Below, one piece after another: positions 47,799-58,752 of a stretch of 64,000 bases of DNA. The number at the start of each line of letters is the position of its first letter. Position 1 is the first letter of the stretch. Source of the stretch: an uncultured Actinomycetota bacterium (lineage in GTDB: Bacteria; Actinomycetota; Actinomycetes; Mycobacteriales; Mycobacteriaceae); the NCBI GenBank assembly GCA_963715145.1, contig CAVQRL010000002.1, positions 143,266 to 207,265 of the forward strand. Reading direction: 5' to 3'. The notes under the pieces were generated by a model. That model saw nothing but the letters and a program-made list of their open reading frames with translations, was not told the origin of the DNA and did not search any database. Both the position numbers and the translations under genes were made by a program.

Positions 47799-49196
47799 TC
47801 ACCTATCCACAGGCCCGTCGGGCTCATCGGAGCCCGACTCGTGCACGTCCTTCTCGAACTCGGCGATCACCGCGTCGATGTCGATGCCGCCGATGTCGCC
47901 GCCGATCACCCGGTCGATGAACCCGGCCGGCTCGTCGAGATCCGCCGCGGACGGCATCAGGTCGGGGTGCTGCCACACCGCATCGCGGGCGTCGATGCCG
48001 GCGGCCTCGGTGAGCCGCTCCCACAGCACCGCCGCCTCGCGCATCTTGCGCGGACGCAGTTCCAGGCCCACCAGGGTGGCGAAGGTCTGCTCGGCCGGGC
48101 CGGCGGTCGCCCGGCGCCGCCGCAGCATCTCGCTCAACGCCGTCGTCCCCGGGATCCGGTCACCCAGGGCGGCGGCCACCACGGTCGACACCCAGCCCTC
48201 GATCAGCGCCAGCAGGGTCTCCAGCCGCTCCAGCGCGGCCGTCTGCTCCGGGGTGGCCTTGGGTTCGAACATGCCCCCCTCGAGATTGGCCTGGGACAGA
48301 AGCTCTTCCATCTTCGAGGGGTCCATCAGCGAGGCGGGGTCGATCCCGGCGGCCAACTGCTCCATCCCGCTCATGTCGACCTTCATGCCCTTGGCGTAGG
48401 CCTCGACCGCGCCCAGCAGCTGTCCCGGCAGCCACGCCACCCCGCTGAACAGCCGGTGATGCGCCGCCTCGCGGGCGGCCAGGAAGGTCAGGATCTCGCT
48501 GCGCGGATTGTCCAGGCCCTCGGAGATCTCCTCGATGGCGGCCGGCATCAGCGCGGCCACCCCCTTGGGCCCCAGCGGCAGCCCGATGTCGGTGGAGGTC
48601 AACACCTCTCGCGACAGCCGTCCCAACGCCTGGCCCAACTGCGAGCCGAACGCCATCGACCCCATCTGGGTCATCATCGCCATCAGCGGCCCGGCCATCG
48701 CCTTGGCCTCCTCGGGCAGCGTGGTGGCCCACATCGACGACATCTGTTCGGCCATCGGGTCGCACAGCCGCTTCCAGGTCTGCATGGTGTTGTCCACCCA
48801 GTCCTGCGGCGTCCACGCCGCCGCACGGGTCGCCCCGGCCGGCAGCGCGCACGCCCCGTCGAGCCAGGTGTCGGCCAGGTGCACCGCGTCGGCGACGGCC
48901 TTGGTGGTGGACTCCGATACCGGCGCGGAGAACCCGATGGAACTCGACGCCAGCTTGCGGGCCAGGTCGTAGTTCACCGCGCCGCCGCCGCCGGAGGCCA
49001 TCGCACTGCCCGCGCCGGAGAACATCTCGCCGAGCTTGGAGAAGATCTGCCCGAGATCGCCGACGTTGAAGTCCCCGCCGCCGAAGCCGAACGGGTTGGC
49101 CCCGCCGGGATCCGGGTTCGGCCCGTCGGGGTCGCCGCGCTTGTCGCCCTTGTCGGGGTCGTCGCCGGAAGAGAAGCCAAACGGCAGGTCAGCCAT
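47799..49196 (-). CDS. Zinc-dependent metalloprotease, DUF2342 (Rv3195-like)
   Basis: MADLPFGFS, REAAHHRLF, LALIEGW, WQHPDLMP. Confidence 0.88.
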   Translation of the reverse strand: MADLPFGFSSGDDPDKGDKRGDPDGPNPDPGGANPFGFGGGDFNVGDLGQIFSKLGEMFSGAGSAMASGGGGAVNYDLARKLASSSIGFSAPVSESTTKAVADAVHLADTWLDGACALPAGATRAAAWTPQDWVDNTMQTWKRLCDPMAEQMSSMWATTLPEEAKAMAGPLMAMMTQMGSMAFGSQLGQALGRLSREVLTSTDIGLPLGPKGVAALMPAAIEEISEGLDNPRSEILTFLAAREAAHHRLFSGVAWLPGQLLGAVEAYAKGMKVDMSGMEQLAAGIDPASLMDPSKMEELLSQANLEGGMFEPKATPEQTAALERLETLLALIEGWVSTVVAAALGDRIPGTTALSEMLRRRRATAGPAEQTFATLVGLELRPRKMREAAVLWERLTEAAGIDARDAVWQHPDLMPSAADLDEPAGFIDRVIGGDIGGIDIDAVIAEFEKDVHESGSDEPDGPVDR

Positions 49197-49266
49197 GCCT
49201 TCACCGTACCCATCCCGGCGCGGCCGGGAGTAACCTGCTGTCCGTGACGGGACTTTTCGAGCGGTC

Positions 49267-50991
49267 ATGTGCGGTAACTGCGGCCTGACGGTGCCGGTCG
49301 GCCCCGCCGGGGAGATCCAGCCCAGCTCCGGCGGCGCCGATCAACCCGAGTCGTCGACGGTTTTGCGCGGCGGCGCCGTCTACACCCTCGACCCGGATCA
49401 CCCGTGGGCCTCGGCGGTCGCCGTCCGGGGTGACCGGATCATCGCCGTCGGATCCGATGACGAGGCGACGGCCGCCGGCGGCCCGGACGCCCGGGTCATC
49501 GAGTTGGACGGCCGGATGGTTCTGCCGGGTTTCGTCGAAGGCCATATCCACCCGTTGCTGGGCGCCCTGATCACCGCCGGCCCCGACCTCCAGGTACCCG
49601 CCCTCGAGGACGTGCTGAGCACGCTGGCCGACTACGTCGCTCAGAACCCCTCGGGGGTGATCCGCGGATTCGGCTGGCGGATGGACATGTTCGGCCCCGA
49701 CGGCCCGCACCGGGAGGCCCTCGACGCGATCCTGCCGGACCGGCCGGCACTGCTGGTCGCGATCGACGGGCACAGCATGTGGGTCAACAGCGAGACGCTG
49801 CGGATGGCCGGCATCACCGCCGACACCCCCGACCCGGTGCCCGGATTCAGCTATTTCGGCCGCGACGACGCCGGCCGGCCGACCGGTTTCGTGCTGGAGG
49901 CCCCGGCCATGCTGGCGGTCCTCGGGGCCGTCGAGCCGCTGAGCCCGGCGGTTTTGGCCGAGATGTTCGCGGTGTGGGCCGACAAGGCCGCCGCGGCCGG
50001 GATCACCGCGATCTTCGATGCCGGCATGCCGCCGTCGGAGGGCGATCCCGACGGCCTGGTCACGATCTACACCGGGCTGGCGGCCCAGGGCCTGCTGCCG
50101 TTCCGGGTGGTGGTCTCCCACCTGGTCAAAGACACCCCCGTCGACGGCGCGGTGGACGCCACGGTGCGGCTGGCCGAGCGGCTCGACGGCGATCTGGTCG
50201 GCGGCGGGGTGCTCAAGATCGTCGGCGACGGGACCCTGGAGGGCCACACCGGCTACCTGCTGGAGCCCTACGCGGACAAACCCGACTCGATCGGGCAGTC
50301 GCCGTTCACCGAGGAACAGTGGCATGCGCTGATCGCCGAGGCCGACGCCGCCGGGCTGGACGTGCACGTCCACGCCATCGGGGACCGCACCACCCGGATC
50401 GCGCTCGACGCGTTCGAGGCCGCGATCGCCGCCAACGCGCCCCGGGACCGTCGGCACACCATCGCCCATCTCGAGGTGGTCGACGACGGCGACCTCCCGC
50501 GCTTCCGCAGGCTCGGCCTGATCGCCCAGTTCTCGGCGAACTGGATGGCCGCCGACCCGAGTAACGAGGGCACCACCCGGCAGCGGTGCGGGGAGGACCG
50601 CTACCGCACGATCTACCGGCCCCGCATCCTGGCCGACGACGGGGTGACGATCGCCTTCGGCACCGACTGGCCCGCGGCGAGCTGGTTCTCCACCTACAAA
50701 CCCCTCGACGCCATCGAGATCTCGGTGACCCGGCAGTCCGTCGGCAGCCCCGAGATGCCCGTCCTGGAACCCGCCGACGAGCGACTCGACCTGGCCCAGG
50801 CGCTGCACGCCGCGACCCTGGGGCCGGCCCGGCAGCTGCGGCTCGACCACCTCGTCGGGTCGCTGCAGCCCGGTAAACGGGCCGACCTGGTCGTCCTGGA
50901 GCACAACCTGTTCGACGTCGAACCGCACCGGATCGCCGCCACCGCGGTGGAGATGACGATGATGAACGGCCGTTTCACCCACGGCGGCTGA
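49267..50991 (+). CDS. Amidohydrolase (YtcJ/Amidohydro_3-like)
   Basis: LPGFVEGHIH, DGHSMWVNS, KIVGDG, HVHAIGD, IAHLE, FGTDWP, GKRADLVVL. Confidence 0.9.
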   Translation: MCGNCGLTVPVGPAGEIQPSSGGADQPESSTVLRGGAVYTLDPDHPWASAVAVRGDRIIAVGSDDEATAAGGPDARVIELDGRMVLPGFVEGHIHPLLGALITAGPDLQVPALEDVLSTLADYVAQNPSGVIRGFGWRMDMFGPDGPHREALDAILPDRPALLVAIDGHSMWVNSETLRMAGITADTPDPVPGFSYFGRDDAGRPTGFVLEAPAMLAVLGAVEPLSPAVLAEMFAVWADKAAAAGITAIFDAGMPPSEGDPDGLVTIYTGLAAQGLLPFRVVVSHLVKDTPVDGAVDATVRLAERLDGDLVGGGVLKIVGDGTLEGHTGYLLEPYADKPDSIGQSPFTEEQWHALIAEADAAGLDVHVHAIGDRTTRIALDAFEAAIAANAPRDRRHTIAHLEVVDDGDLPRFRRLGLIAQFSANWMAADPSNEGTTRQRCGEDRYRTIYRPRILADDGVTIAFGTDWPAASWFSTYKPLDAIEISVTRQSVGSPEMPVLEPADERLDLAQALHAATLGPARQLRLDHLVGSLQPGKRADLVVLEHNLFDVEPHRIAATAVEMTMMNGRFTHGG

Positions 50992-51024
50992 TCGCCGTCC
51001 GCGCACCCCACTACCCTGTGGGTC

Positions 51025-52047
51025 GTGAACAGGCGGATCCTGACGATGATGGTCGCGCTGGTGCCCATCGTCATCTTCGGCGTGCTGCTGGCCGCCGTCC
51101 CGGTGCCCTTCGTGGCGCTGGGTCCGGGTCCGACGTTCAACACCCTCGGCGAGGTCGAGGGCAAGCCCGTCGTCGCCATCGAGGGCACCTCGATCAAGCC
51201 CACCTCCGGCAACCTCAACATGACCACGGTCTCCCAGCGCGACGGTCTGACCCTCGGCCAGGCGCTGGCCTTCTGGGCCTCCGGCGCGGACCAGCTGGTG
51301 CCCCGCGACCTGGTGTTCCCGCCGGAGAAGTCCCGCGACGACATCGAGAAGTCCCAGAGTGCGGACTTCCAGCGCTCCGAGGACAACGCCGAGTACGCCG
51401 CCTTGAACTATCTGAAGTTCCCCAAGGCGGTCACCGTCGAGAAGGTCACCGACCCCGGGCCGTCGGCGGGCAAACTGCAGCCCGGCGACGCCCTCGACGC
51501 CGTCAACGGCACCAAGACACCCACCATCGAGTCATTCACCTCGCTGCTCAAGGCCACCAAACCGGGCCAGGAGATCGTCATCGACTACCGCCGCAAGAAC
51601 TCCCCGCCGGGAACCACGCGGATCACCCTGGGCCGCAACGACGACCGCGACTACGGCTTCCTCGGCGTCTCCGTGCAGGACGCCCCGTGGGCGCCGTTCA
51701 CCATCGACTTCAACCTGGCCAATATCGGCGGGCCGTCGGCCGGCCTGATGTTCTCCCTGGCCGTCGTCGACAAGCTGGACACCGGCGACCTCAACGGCGG
51801 CAAGTTCATCGCCGGCACCGGCTCCATCGGGCCGGACGGCACCGTCGGCCCGATCGGCGGCATCACCCACAAGATGTCCAGCGCCCAGGAGGCCGGGGCG
51901 ACGGTGTTCCTGGTGCCCGCCGACAACTGCGACGAGGCCCGCACCGCCGACGGCAACACCATGGAACTGGTCAAGGCCGAGAACCTGACCCAGACCGTCG
52001 ACGCCCTCAAGACGCTGACCTCGGGCGGAGAACCGCCACAATGCTGA
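51025..52047 (+). CDS. PDZ / Lon_C (S16) protease-domain protein (Rv3194c-like)
   Basis: GPGPTFNTLG, IGGPSAGLMF, AGTG..GPIGGITHK Ser-Lys dyad. Confidence 0.92.
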   Translation: MNRRILTMMVALVPIVIFGVLLAAVPVPFVALGPGPTFNTLGEVEGKPVVAIEGTSIKPTSGNLNMTTVSQRDGLTLGQALAFWASGADQLVPRDLVFPPEKSRDDIEKSQSADFQRSEDNAEYAALNYLKFPKAVTVEKVTDPGPSAGKLQPGDALDAVNGTKTPTIESFTSLLKATKPGQEIVIDYRRKNSPPGTTRITLGRNDDRDYGFLGVSVQDAPWAPFTIDFNLANIGGPSAGLMFSLAVVDKLDTGDLNGGKFIAGTGSIGPDGTVGPIGGITHKMSSAQEAGATVFLVPADNCDEARTADGNTMELVKAENLTQTVDALKTLTSGGEPPQC

Positions 52048-52097
52048 CTGCGTAGAGTTGGCCGCGTGTTAGTCACATCACGACGCGGAGGAGACCA

Positions 52098-55071
52098 GTG
52101 AGCGTCCGGCCGCCCGCCAGAATGCCCGCACTGACCCGCCGCAACCGCATCCTTCTCGTGATCGCCGTCGCGGTGGTGGCCATCCTGCTGATCGGCCCGC
52201 GCTTCATCGACACCTATGTCGACTGGCTGTGGTTCGGCGAACTCGGCTACCGCTCGGTGTTCACCACGGTGCTGTTCACCCGGCTCATCGTCTTTCTGGT
52301 CACCGCGGTGGTGTTCGGGGCCATCATCTACGCCGCGCAGGCGCTGGCCTACCGCACCCGGCCGGTGTTCGTCCCGACCAGCGGGCCCACCGATCCGGTG
52401 GCCCGCTACCGGATGGCGGTGATGGGCAAGCTGCGGCTGTTCGGCCTCGGCGGCCCCGCGATGATCGGCCTGCTGGCCGGGCTGGTGGCCCAGAGCTATT
52501 GGCCGCGGGTGCAGTTGTTCCTGCACGGCGGCAGCTTCGGCATCGCCGACCCGCAGTTCGGCAAGGACCTCGGCTTCTACGCCTTCGACCTGCCGTTCTA
52601 CCGGCTGCTGCTGAGCTTCCTGTTCGCCGCGCTGTTCCTGGCGTTCCTGGCGAACCTGGTGACGCACTACATCTTCGGCGGTATCCGGCTGGCCGCCGGC
52701 GTCGGCGCGGTCAGCCGTGCCGCGCGCATCCAGCTGATCTCCCTGGTCGGGGCGCTGGTGCTGCTCAAGGCGGTGGCCTACTGGCTGGACCGCTTCGAAC
52801 TGCTCAGCCACACCCGGGCGGCCAAGCCGTTCACCGGCGCCGGCTACACCGATATCAACGCCGTCCTGCCGGCCAAGCTCATCCTGCTGGCGATCGCGCT
52901 GATCTGTGCGGCGGCGGTGTTCTCGGCGCTGTTCCTGCGCGATCTGCGCATCCCGGCCATCGGCCTGGTGCTGCTGCTGCTGAGCTCGCTGATCATCGGC
53001 GCGGGCTGGCCGATGATCGTCGAGCAGTTCAGCGTCAAACCCAATGCCGCGCAGAAGGAATCAGAGTTCATCTCACGCAGTATCACCGCCACCCGGGACG
53101 CCTACGGGCTGACCAACGAGACCGTCTCCTACCGCGATTACAGCGGTAACGCGCCCACCGACGCCAAGCAGGTGGCCGCCGACCGGTCCACCACCTCCAA
53201 CATCCGGCTGCTGGACCCCAACGTGATCAGCCCGGCGTTCACCCAGTTCCAGCAGGGCAAGAACTTCTACTTCTTCCCCGACCAGCTCTCCATCGACCGC
53301 TACGAGGTGAAGGGCTCGCTGCGCGACTTCGTGGTGGCCGCGCGCGAACTCAACCCGTCGCGACTGATCGACAACCAGCGCGACTGGATCAACCGGCACA
53401 CCGTCTACACCCACGGCAACGGGTTCATCGCCTCCCCGGCCAACACCGTGCGCGGAATCGCCAACGACCCCAACGCCAACGGCGGCTACCCGGAGTTCCT
53501 GGCCAGCGTCGTCGGCGCCAACGGCAGCGTCATCTCACCCGGTCCCGCACCGCTGGACCAGCCGCGCATCTACTACGGCCCGGTGATCGCCTCGGCGCCC
53601 GACGACTACGCGATCGTCGGTAAGAACGGTATCGACCGCGAATACGACTACGAGACCAACACCGAGACCAAGAACTACACCTACACCGGCGTGGGCGGGG
53701 TGCCGGTCGGCAACTGGCTGGCCCGCGGGGTGTTCGCCGCGAAGTTCGCCGAGCGGAACTTCCTGTTCTCCAACGTGATCGGCTCGAACTCGCAAGATCC
53801 TGTTCAACCGCGACCCGGCCGACCGGGTCAAGGCGGTGGCCCCGTGGCTGACCACCGACTCCACCGTGTATCCGGCGATCGTCAACAAGCGGATGACGTG
53901 GATCATCGACGGCTACACCACGCTGGACAACTACCCGTACTCCCAACTGACGTCGCTGAGTTCGGCGACGGTGGACTCCACCGAGGTGGCCGTCAACCGG
54001 CTGCGGCCGGACAAGCAGGTGTCCTATATCCGCAACTCGGTCAAGGCCACCGTCGACGCCTACGACGGCACGGTGACGCTGTACGCCCAGGACGAGAAGG
54101 ACCCGGTGCTGTCGGCCTGGATGAAGACCTTCCCCGGCACGGTCAAGCCCAAGAGCGAGATCACCCCGGAACTGGCCGCGCACCTGCGCTACCCGGAGGA
54201 CCTGTTCAAGGTGCAGCGGGCGCTGCTGGCCAAGTACCACGTCGACGACCCGGTGACGTTCTTCTCCACCTCGGATTTCTGGGACGTGCCGCTGGACCCG
54301 AACCCGACGGCCTCGAGCTTCCAGCCGCCGTACTACATCGTGGCCAAAGACCTTGCCAGTAACGACAATTCGGCCTCGTTCCAGCTGACGACGGCGATGA
54401 ACCGGTTCCGCCGGGACTTCCTGGCCGCCTACATCTCGGCCAGTTCGGACCCGGACACCTACGGCAAGATCACCGTGCTGACCATCCCCGGTCAGGTCAA
54501 CGGCCCCAAGCTGGCGTTCAACGCGATCTCCACCGACACCGCGGTGTCCCAGGACCTCGGCGTCATCGGCCGCGACAACCAGAACCGCATCCGCTGGGGC
54601 AACCTGCTGACCCTGCCGGTCGGCCAGGGCGGCCTGCTCTACGTCGCACCGGTGTACGCCTCCCCGGGCACCTCCGATGCCGCCTCGTCCTACCCGCGGT
54701 TGATCCGGGTGGCGATGATGTACAACGACAAGGTCGGCTACGGACCCACCGTCAGCCAGGCACTCGACGGCATCTTCGGCGCCGGCGCGGGTGCGACGGC
54801 GGCGGGCCCGGCCCCGGTTCCGGGTTCCCCGGCCGCCAAGCCGGCCGACGGTGCGGCCCCGGAGGCCACCCCCGAGGTGCCCACCGCGCCGGTCGCGGCG
54901 ATGCCGCCGGGCGGGATGACGCTGTCACCGGCCAAGGCCGCCGCCATGCAGGAGATCCAGTCGGCTCTCGGCGCGGTCCGCGACGCCCAGAGCAGCGGAA
55001 ACTTCGCCCAGTACGGGGCCGCCCTGCAGCGCCTGGACGAGGCGATGGGCAAGTTCGACTCGGCCAAGTAG
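52098..55071 (+). CDS. UPF0182 membrane protein (Rv3193c-like), apparent frameshift near 53793
   Basis: [29 protein letters not shown], then [35 protein letters not shown] in the next frame. Confidence 0.92.
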
Positions 55072-55072
55072 C

Positions 55073-55765
55073 TTAGGTCTTGTCGAGCAGCGTGACGGTC
55101 GCGGTCTTGATGTCGTAGACCGCGCCGACGATCGTCACCGCGCCAGCCTTCTCGGCCTCGCGCAGCAGGGTGCTCTTGGCGCGGATGGTGTCGATGACGG
55201 CGCGCACATTGCGGGCGATGGCGTCGTCGAGGTCGGTGGCGCCGGCGATGCCGGGTCTGATGGCGTCGATGATCGACTGGATGTTGGCCCCGGGGGTGGC
55301 GTTGTCCAGGGCGGAGCGAACCGCACCGCAGTCGGAGTGCCCCAGCACCATCAGCGCCTTGGATTTCAGCACCGCCTGGCCGAACTCCAGGCTGCCGAGG
55401 TTGGTGGGGGAGTCGGCGATGTTGCCGGCCTCGCGGACCACGAAGATGTCCCCGACGAACTGGTCGAAGATCAGCTCCGGGCCCAGCCGGCTGTCGGCGC
55501 AGGTGAGGATGCTGGCAAACGGTTCCTGGCCGGCTTTGATGGCGGTCCAGACCTGCTTGATCTCGGCGGTGTCGCGGACCTGCGGCGTGCCGTCGACGAA
55601 GCGCTTGTTGCCCTCCATGAGAACCTCGATGGCCGCATCGGGGGTGGCCGGCCGCGGCGGCGGTCCGGGATCCTGGCGGGCTTTCTCGGTGGACGTCGAG
55701 CACCCGGCGGCCGTGACGGCGACCAGGGGCAGTGCGGCGAGGAGGTGACGGCGGGAGGGCTGCAT
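55073..55765 (-). CDS. Beta-carbonic anhydrase, Tat-exported lipoprotein
   Basis: SRRHLL twin-arginine and TAAGC lipobox; GNKRF, CADSR and HSDCGA zinc ligands. Confidence 0.9.
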   Translation of the reverse strand: MQPSRRHLLAALPLVAVTAAGCSTSTEKARQDPGPPPRPATPDAAIEVLMEGNKRFVDGTPQVRDTAEIKQVWTAIKAGQEPFASILTCADSRLGPELIFDQFVGDIFVVREAGNIADSPTNLGSLEFGQAVLKSKALMVLGHSDCGAVRSALDNATPGANIQSIIDAIRPGIAGATDLDDAIARNVRAVIDTIRAKSTLLREAEKAGAVTIVGAVYDIKTATVTLLDKT

Positions 55766-55846
55766 GCGGGGTCCCTAGGGTTGGGTGAGTGGCGGTGTCT
55801 CCCAGTCTGCTGCTATCCATGAGCCGGCAGCGGGAGAAAGGGCGGC

Positions 55847-56146
55847 ATGTCGCTTCGGGTGAGCATCGAGGACCTCGCGGCCTGCGGGCTGGCCGTCACC
55901 GCCCACGGCGAGGACCTCGCCGCCGCACACACCGTCGCCGACGGCCGCATCGACGCCGCGATGTCAGGGTGGCAGGGCCGCTCGGCGGCGGCGCTGTGCG
56001 CCAGGGCGGCCCAGTGGTCCCAGCACAGCCGGGCGTTGCTGGCCCGGATCGGCGACCACGCCCAGGCCCTGCACACCGGCACCGCGCAGCTCCGCGCCCA
56101 CGAGCAGCGCAGCGCGCAGGCGCTGGCGCGCCAGGGCCGTCCGTGA
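55847..56146 (+). CDS. WXG100 family protein
   Basis: 99 aa helical protein with central WQG; GAAAGGG SD. Confidence 0.85.
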   Translation: MSLRVSIEDLAACGLAVTAHGEDLAAAHTVADGRIDAAMSGWQGRSAAALCARAAQWSQHSRALLARIGDHAQALHTGTAQLRAHEQRSAQALARQGRP

Positions 56147-57927
56147 GCCTGTCCGTCGCCGAGATCGAACGGTGGGACGCCGGCGACGTGCGCGAGGTCT
56201 TCCACGCCGCCACCGGCCGCGCCCGGGCCGCCTTCGACGCCGCCGACGGCCTGGCCGACCTGCCGGTGTTGCGCACCTGGGGTGGGCACGCCGCCGAGGC
56301 CGCCGGGGAGGCCATCGGCCGCACACGGGCCGATCTGGACTCCCACGGCACCGAGGTGCTGGTGGTCGCCGAGGCCGCCCGCCGCGCCGCCGACAGCATC
56401 GACGCCATCCACGCCGATCTGGCTCGGTTGAAGTCCGACGCCGCCGGCTGGGGCCTGGAGATCGACCCGTGGACCGCCTCGATCGTGCCGCGCCGCGGCA
56501 GCCGCCCCACCCGGCGGCTGCTGGAGCACGCCGTCCCGCCGCTGCAGGCCCGGCTGAATGCGATTGTCGAACAGGCGAATTCGGTGGATCTGCAGCTGGC
56601 CGCCGCCCTCCACCTGGCCGACGGCACCACCGCGCTGTCGCCGTCGCTGCACACCGATGATCCGCAGGTGCCGGCCGGCCCGCTGCCCGAGGACCCCGCA
56701 CAGTTCCACGACCTGTGGCGCCGGCTCTCCCCGCAGGACCGCGACCTGCTCTACCGGCGCGACCCCGCGATCGGCAACCACCCCGGCATGCCCACCGGTG
56801 ATGCGATGAACCGCGGCAGCGACCACTACAACCGCCGCCACCTCGCCGAGGAACTCGCCGCCGCGCGGGCCCGCGGCTCGGACGCCCTGGCCGACCTGGA
56901 GGCCGTCGACCGGGCACTGGCCGATGCCGATCGGAACCACGCCGACGCCCGGCTCATGCTGCTCGACCTCACCAGCGGCAAGCGGGTGCACGCCGCCATC
57001 GCCGTCGGCAACCCCGACACCGCCACCCACGTCTCGGTCACCACGCCCGGGCTGAATTCCACTGTGGCCGAGAGCATCACGACGATGACCGACCAGGCCG
57101 TCGCCCTGCAACGCGAGACCCTGCGGCAGCTCGCCGTGGCCGGGCGGACCGGGGAGACCGTCGCCGCGATCGCCTGGATCGGCTACGACGCCCCCCAGAT
57201 CCCCGGCCCCGGCGTGACGTTCGCCAAGCCCGGGGTTCCGCTGCTTCCCGGGCTGCCGCTCAGCTATGACCCGCTCGACATCGCCCGCTCCGAACTGGGG
57301 GCCTACCACGTCAGCCACGACGCCATGGCCAGGGCCGGTGCGGTCAGCCTGGCCCGGTTCTACGACGGCATCCAGGGCGCCCGTGACGTCGGGCCGGCGC
57401 ACCTGACCGCGATCGGGCACTCCTACGGCTCGCTGACCACCGGCCTGGCCCTGCAGCAGCCCGGTGACCACGGCGTCAGCGACGCGATCTTCTACGGATC
57501 CCCGGGTGTGGCGGCGAGCACGCCAGCGCAGCTGAACCTGGGCAGCGGGCATGTCTTCGCAATGGAGGCCCCCGACGACCCCATCCAGTGGGTGTACGAC
57601 GCCCCGCCGCTGGTGAAGGCGGTGGCTGCCGCCACACCGCTGCCGTTCGACGACGTTCTGCTGGCGCTGTCGGACCTGTCCGGCACCGGGGATTTCGGGC
57701 CCAACCCGGCGACCAACCCGGCCTTCGTGCGCCTGGAGACGGGGCCGGCCGTCCAGGCCGGCGCCGACGGCCCCGCACTGCACTTCGAGGGGGCCGACGG
57801 GCACAGCGAATACGCACAGCGGGGCTCGGCCCCCGGGCCGGGCGGCCTGCCGCTGCTGCGCACCCCCGGTTACAACATCGCCGCCGTGGTGGGTGGCCTC
57901 AGTGACCGCGCGATCAAGGGAGATTAA
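56143..57927 (+). CDS. WXG-like N-terminus fused to DUF1023-type alpha/beta hydrolase
   Basis: IERWDAGDVREVF..TWGG; AIAVGNPDTA.HVSV.TPG, AWIGYDAP, GHSYGS, YGSPG, DDPI, GHSEY. Confidence 0.88.
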   Translation: MSLSVAEIERWDAGDVREVFHAATGRARAAFDAADGLADLPVLRTWGGHAAEAAGEAIGRTRADLDSHGTEVLVVAEAARRAADSIDAIHADLARLKSDAAGWGLEIDPWTASIVPRRGSRPTRRLLEHAVPPLQARLNAIVEQANSVDLQLAAALHLADGTTALSPSLHTDDPQVPAGPLPEDPAQFHDLWRRLSPQDRDLLYRRDPAIGNHPGMPTGDAMNRGSDHYNRRHLAEELAAARARGSDALADLEAVDRALADADRNHADARLMLLDLTSGKRVHAAIAVGNPDTATHVSVTTPGLNSTVAESITTMTDQAVALQRETLRQLAVAGRTGETVAAIAWIGYDAPQIPGPGVTFAKPGVPLLPGLPLSYDPLDIARSELGAYHVSHDAMARAGAVSLARFYDGIQGARDVGPAHLTAIGHSYGSLTTGLALQQPGDHGVSDAIFYGSPGVAASTPAQLNLGSGHVFAMEAPDDPIQWVYDAPPLVKAVAAATPLPFDDVLLALSDLSGTGDFGPNPATNPAFVRLETGPAVQAGADGPALHFEGADGHSEYAQRGSAPGPGGLPLLRTPGYNIAAVVGGLSDRAIKGD

Positions 57928-58491
57928 ATGCGGACGATGAATGCGCGACAACGGATTTCACCGGCGCTGTGGGCGATGCTGCCCACGGTCGCCCTGATGA
58001 TGACAGGATGCACCATGACCCAATCCGGTAAGCCCACACAGTCGATGCAGGACTACGTCATGGAGCAGCTCATGTCGTGGCCGTCGCTGGAGGACACCGA
58101 GCGCCAGCTGCAAGGGGCCGTCGACGAGATCGCCACCGCCGCCGAGGGGATCGTTCCCGGCATCAGGTTCACCGACCGCAACGGCGAATCCGGGACCTCC
58201 TGCGGCAAGGGGTTCGAGGGCACCGCGGCGCAGGCCCGCTACCTGCCCGACCGCATCGGTGAGGGCGCCACGGTCTCGGATGCGCAGTGGCCCAAGATCG
58301 AGGCCGCCACCCGGGTCGCGGCCGCCAAGGTCGACGCCCGCACCGCCCAGCTGATGAAGAACGCGCCGGGTGACCACGACGTGCGGTTCATCGGCCCGGG
58401 CGGCAGCTCCATCAAGATCGCCTACCAGGCCAACCTGGTGATCTCCGGATTCACCGGCTGCCGGCTGGCCGAGGCGGATCGGCACCGTTGA
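57928..58491 (+). CDS. LppA family lipoprotein
   Basis: LMMTGC lipobox; PSLEDTE..C..W..HDVRF..ISGFTGCRL pattern; abuts the hydrolase stop. Confidence 0.82.
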   Translation: MRTMNARQRISPALWAMLPTVALMMTGCTMTQSGKPTQSMQDYVMEQLMSWPSLEDTERQLQGAVDEIATAAEGIVPGIRFTDRNGESGTSCGKGFEGTAAQARYLPDRIGEGATVSDAQWPKIEAATRVAAAKVDARTAQLMKNAPGDHDVRFIGPGGSSIKIAYQANLVISGFTGCRLAEADRHR

Positions 58492-58541
58492 CCTGCGGAT
58501 TTGGCGGCGCCGGTGCGGCCTGGGTAGCCTTTGGGAGCCAT

Positions 58542-58618
58542 CGCGGGGTGGAGCAGCTCGGTAGCTCGCTGGGCTCATAACCCAGAGGTCGCAGGTTCAA
58601 ATCCTGTCCCCGCTACCA
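58542..58618 (+). tRNA. tRNA-fMet (CAT)
   Basis: CGCGGGGTGGAGCAGCTCGGTAGCTCGCTGGGCTCATAACCCAGAGGTCGCAGGTTCAAATCCTGTCCCCGCTACCA; C1:A72 mismatch, GGG/CCC anticodon stem, encoded CCA. Confidence 0.98.
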
Positions 58619-58621
58619 GGT

Positions 58622-58657
58622 AAAACGGCCCTCGGAGAACTCTCCGGGGGCCGTTTT
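58622..58657. terminator. Intrinsic terminator after the tRNA
   Basis: AAAACGGCCCTCGGAGA-AC-TCTCCGGGGGCCGTTTT. Confidence 0.85.
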
Positions 58658-58752
58658 CATGCTGGATCTCACGGTGCATCTGGCACGGATGCTCGCCCGC
58701 TCCTCCTGTTGGGCTCTGTTTCTTGCCCCGTCCTCCAAGGGCTGGCGTGCAT

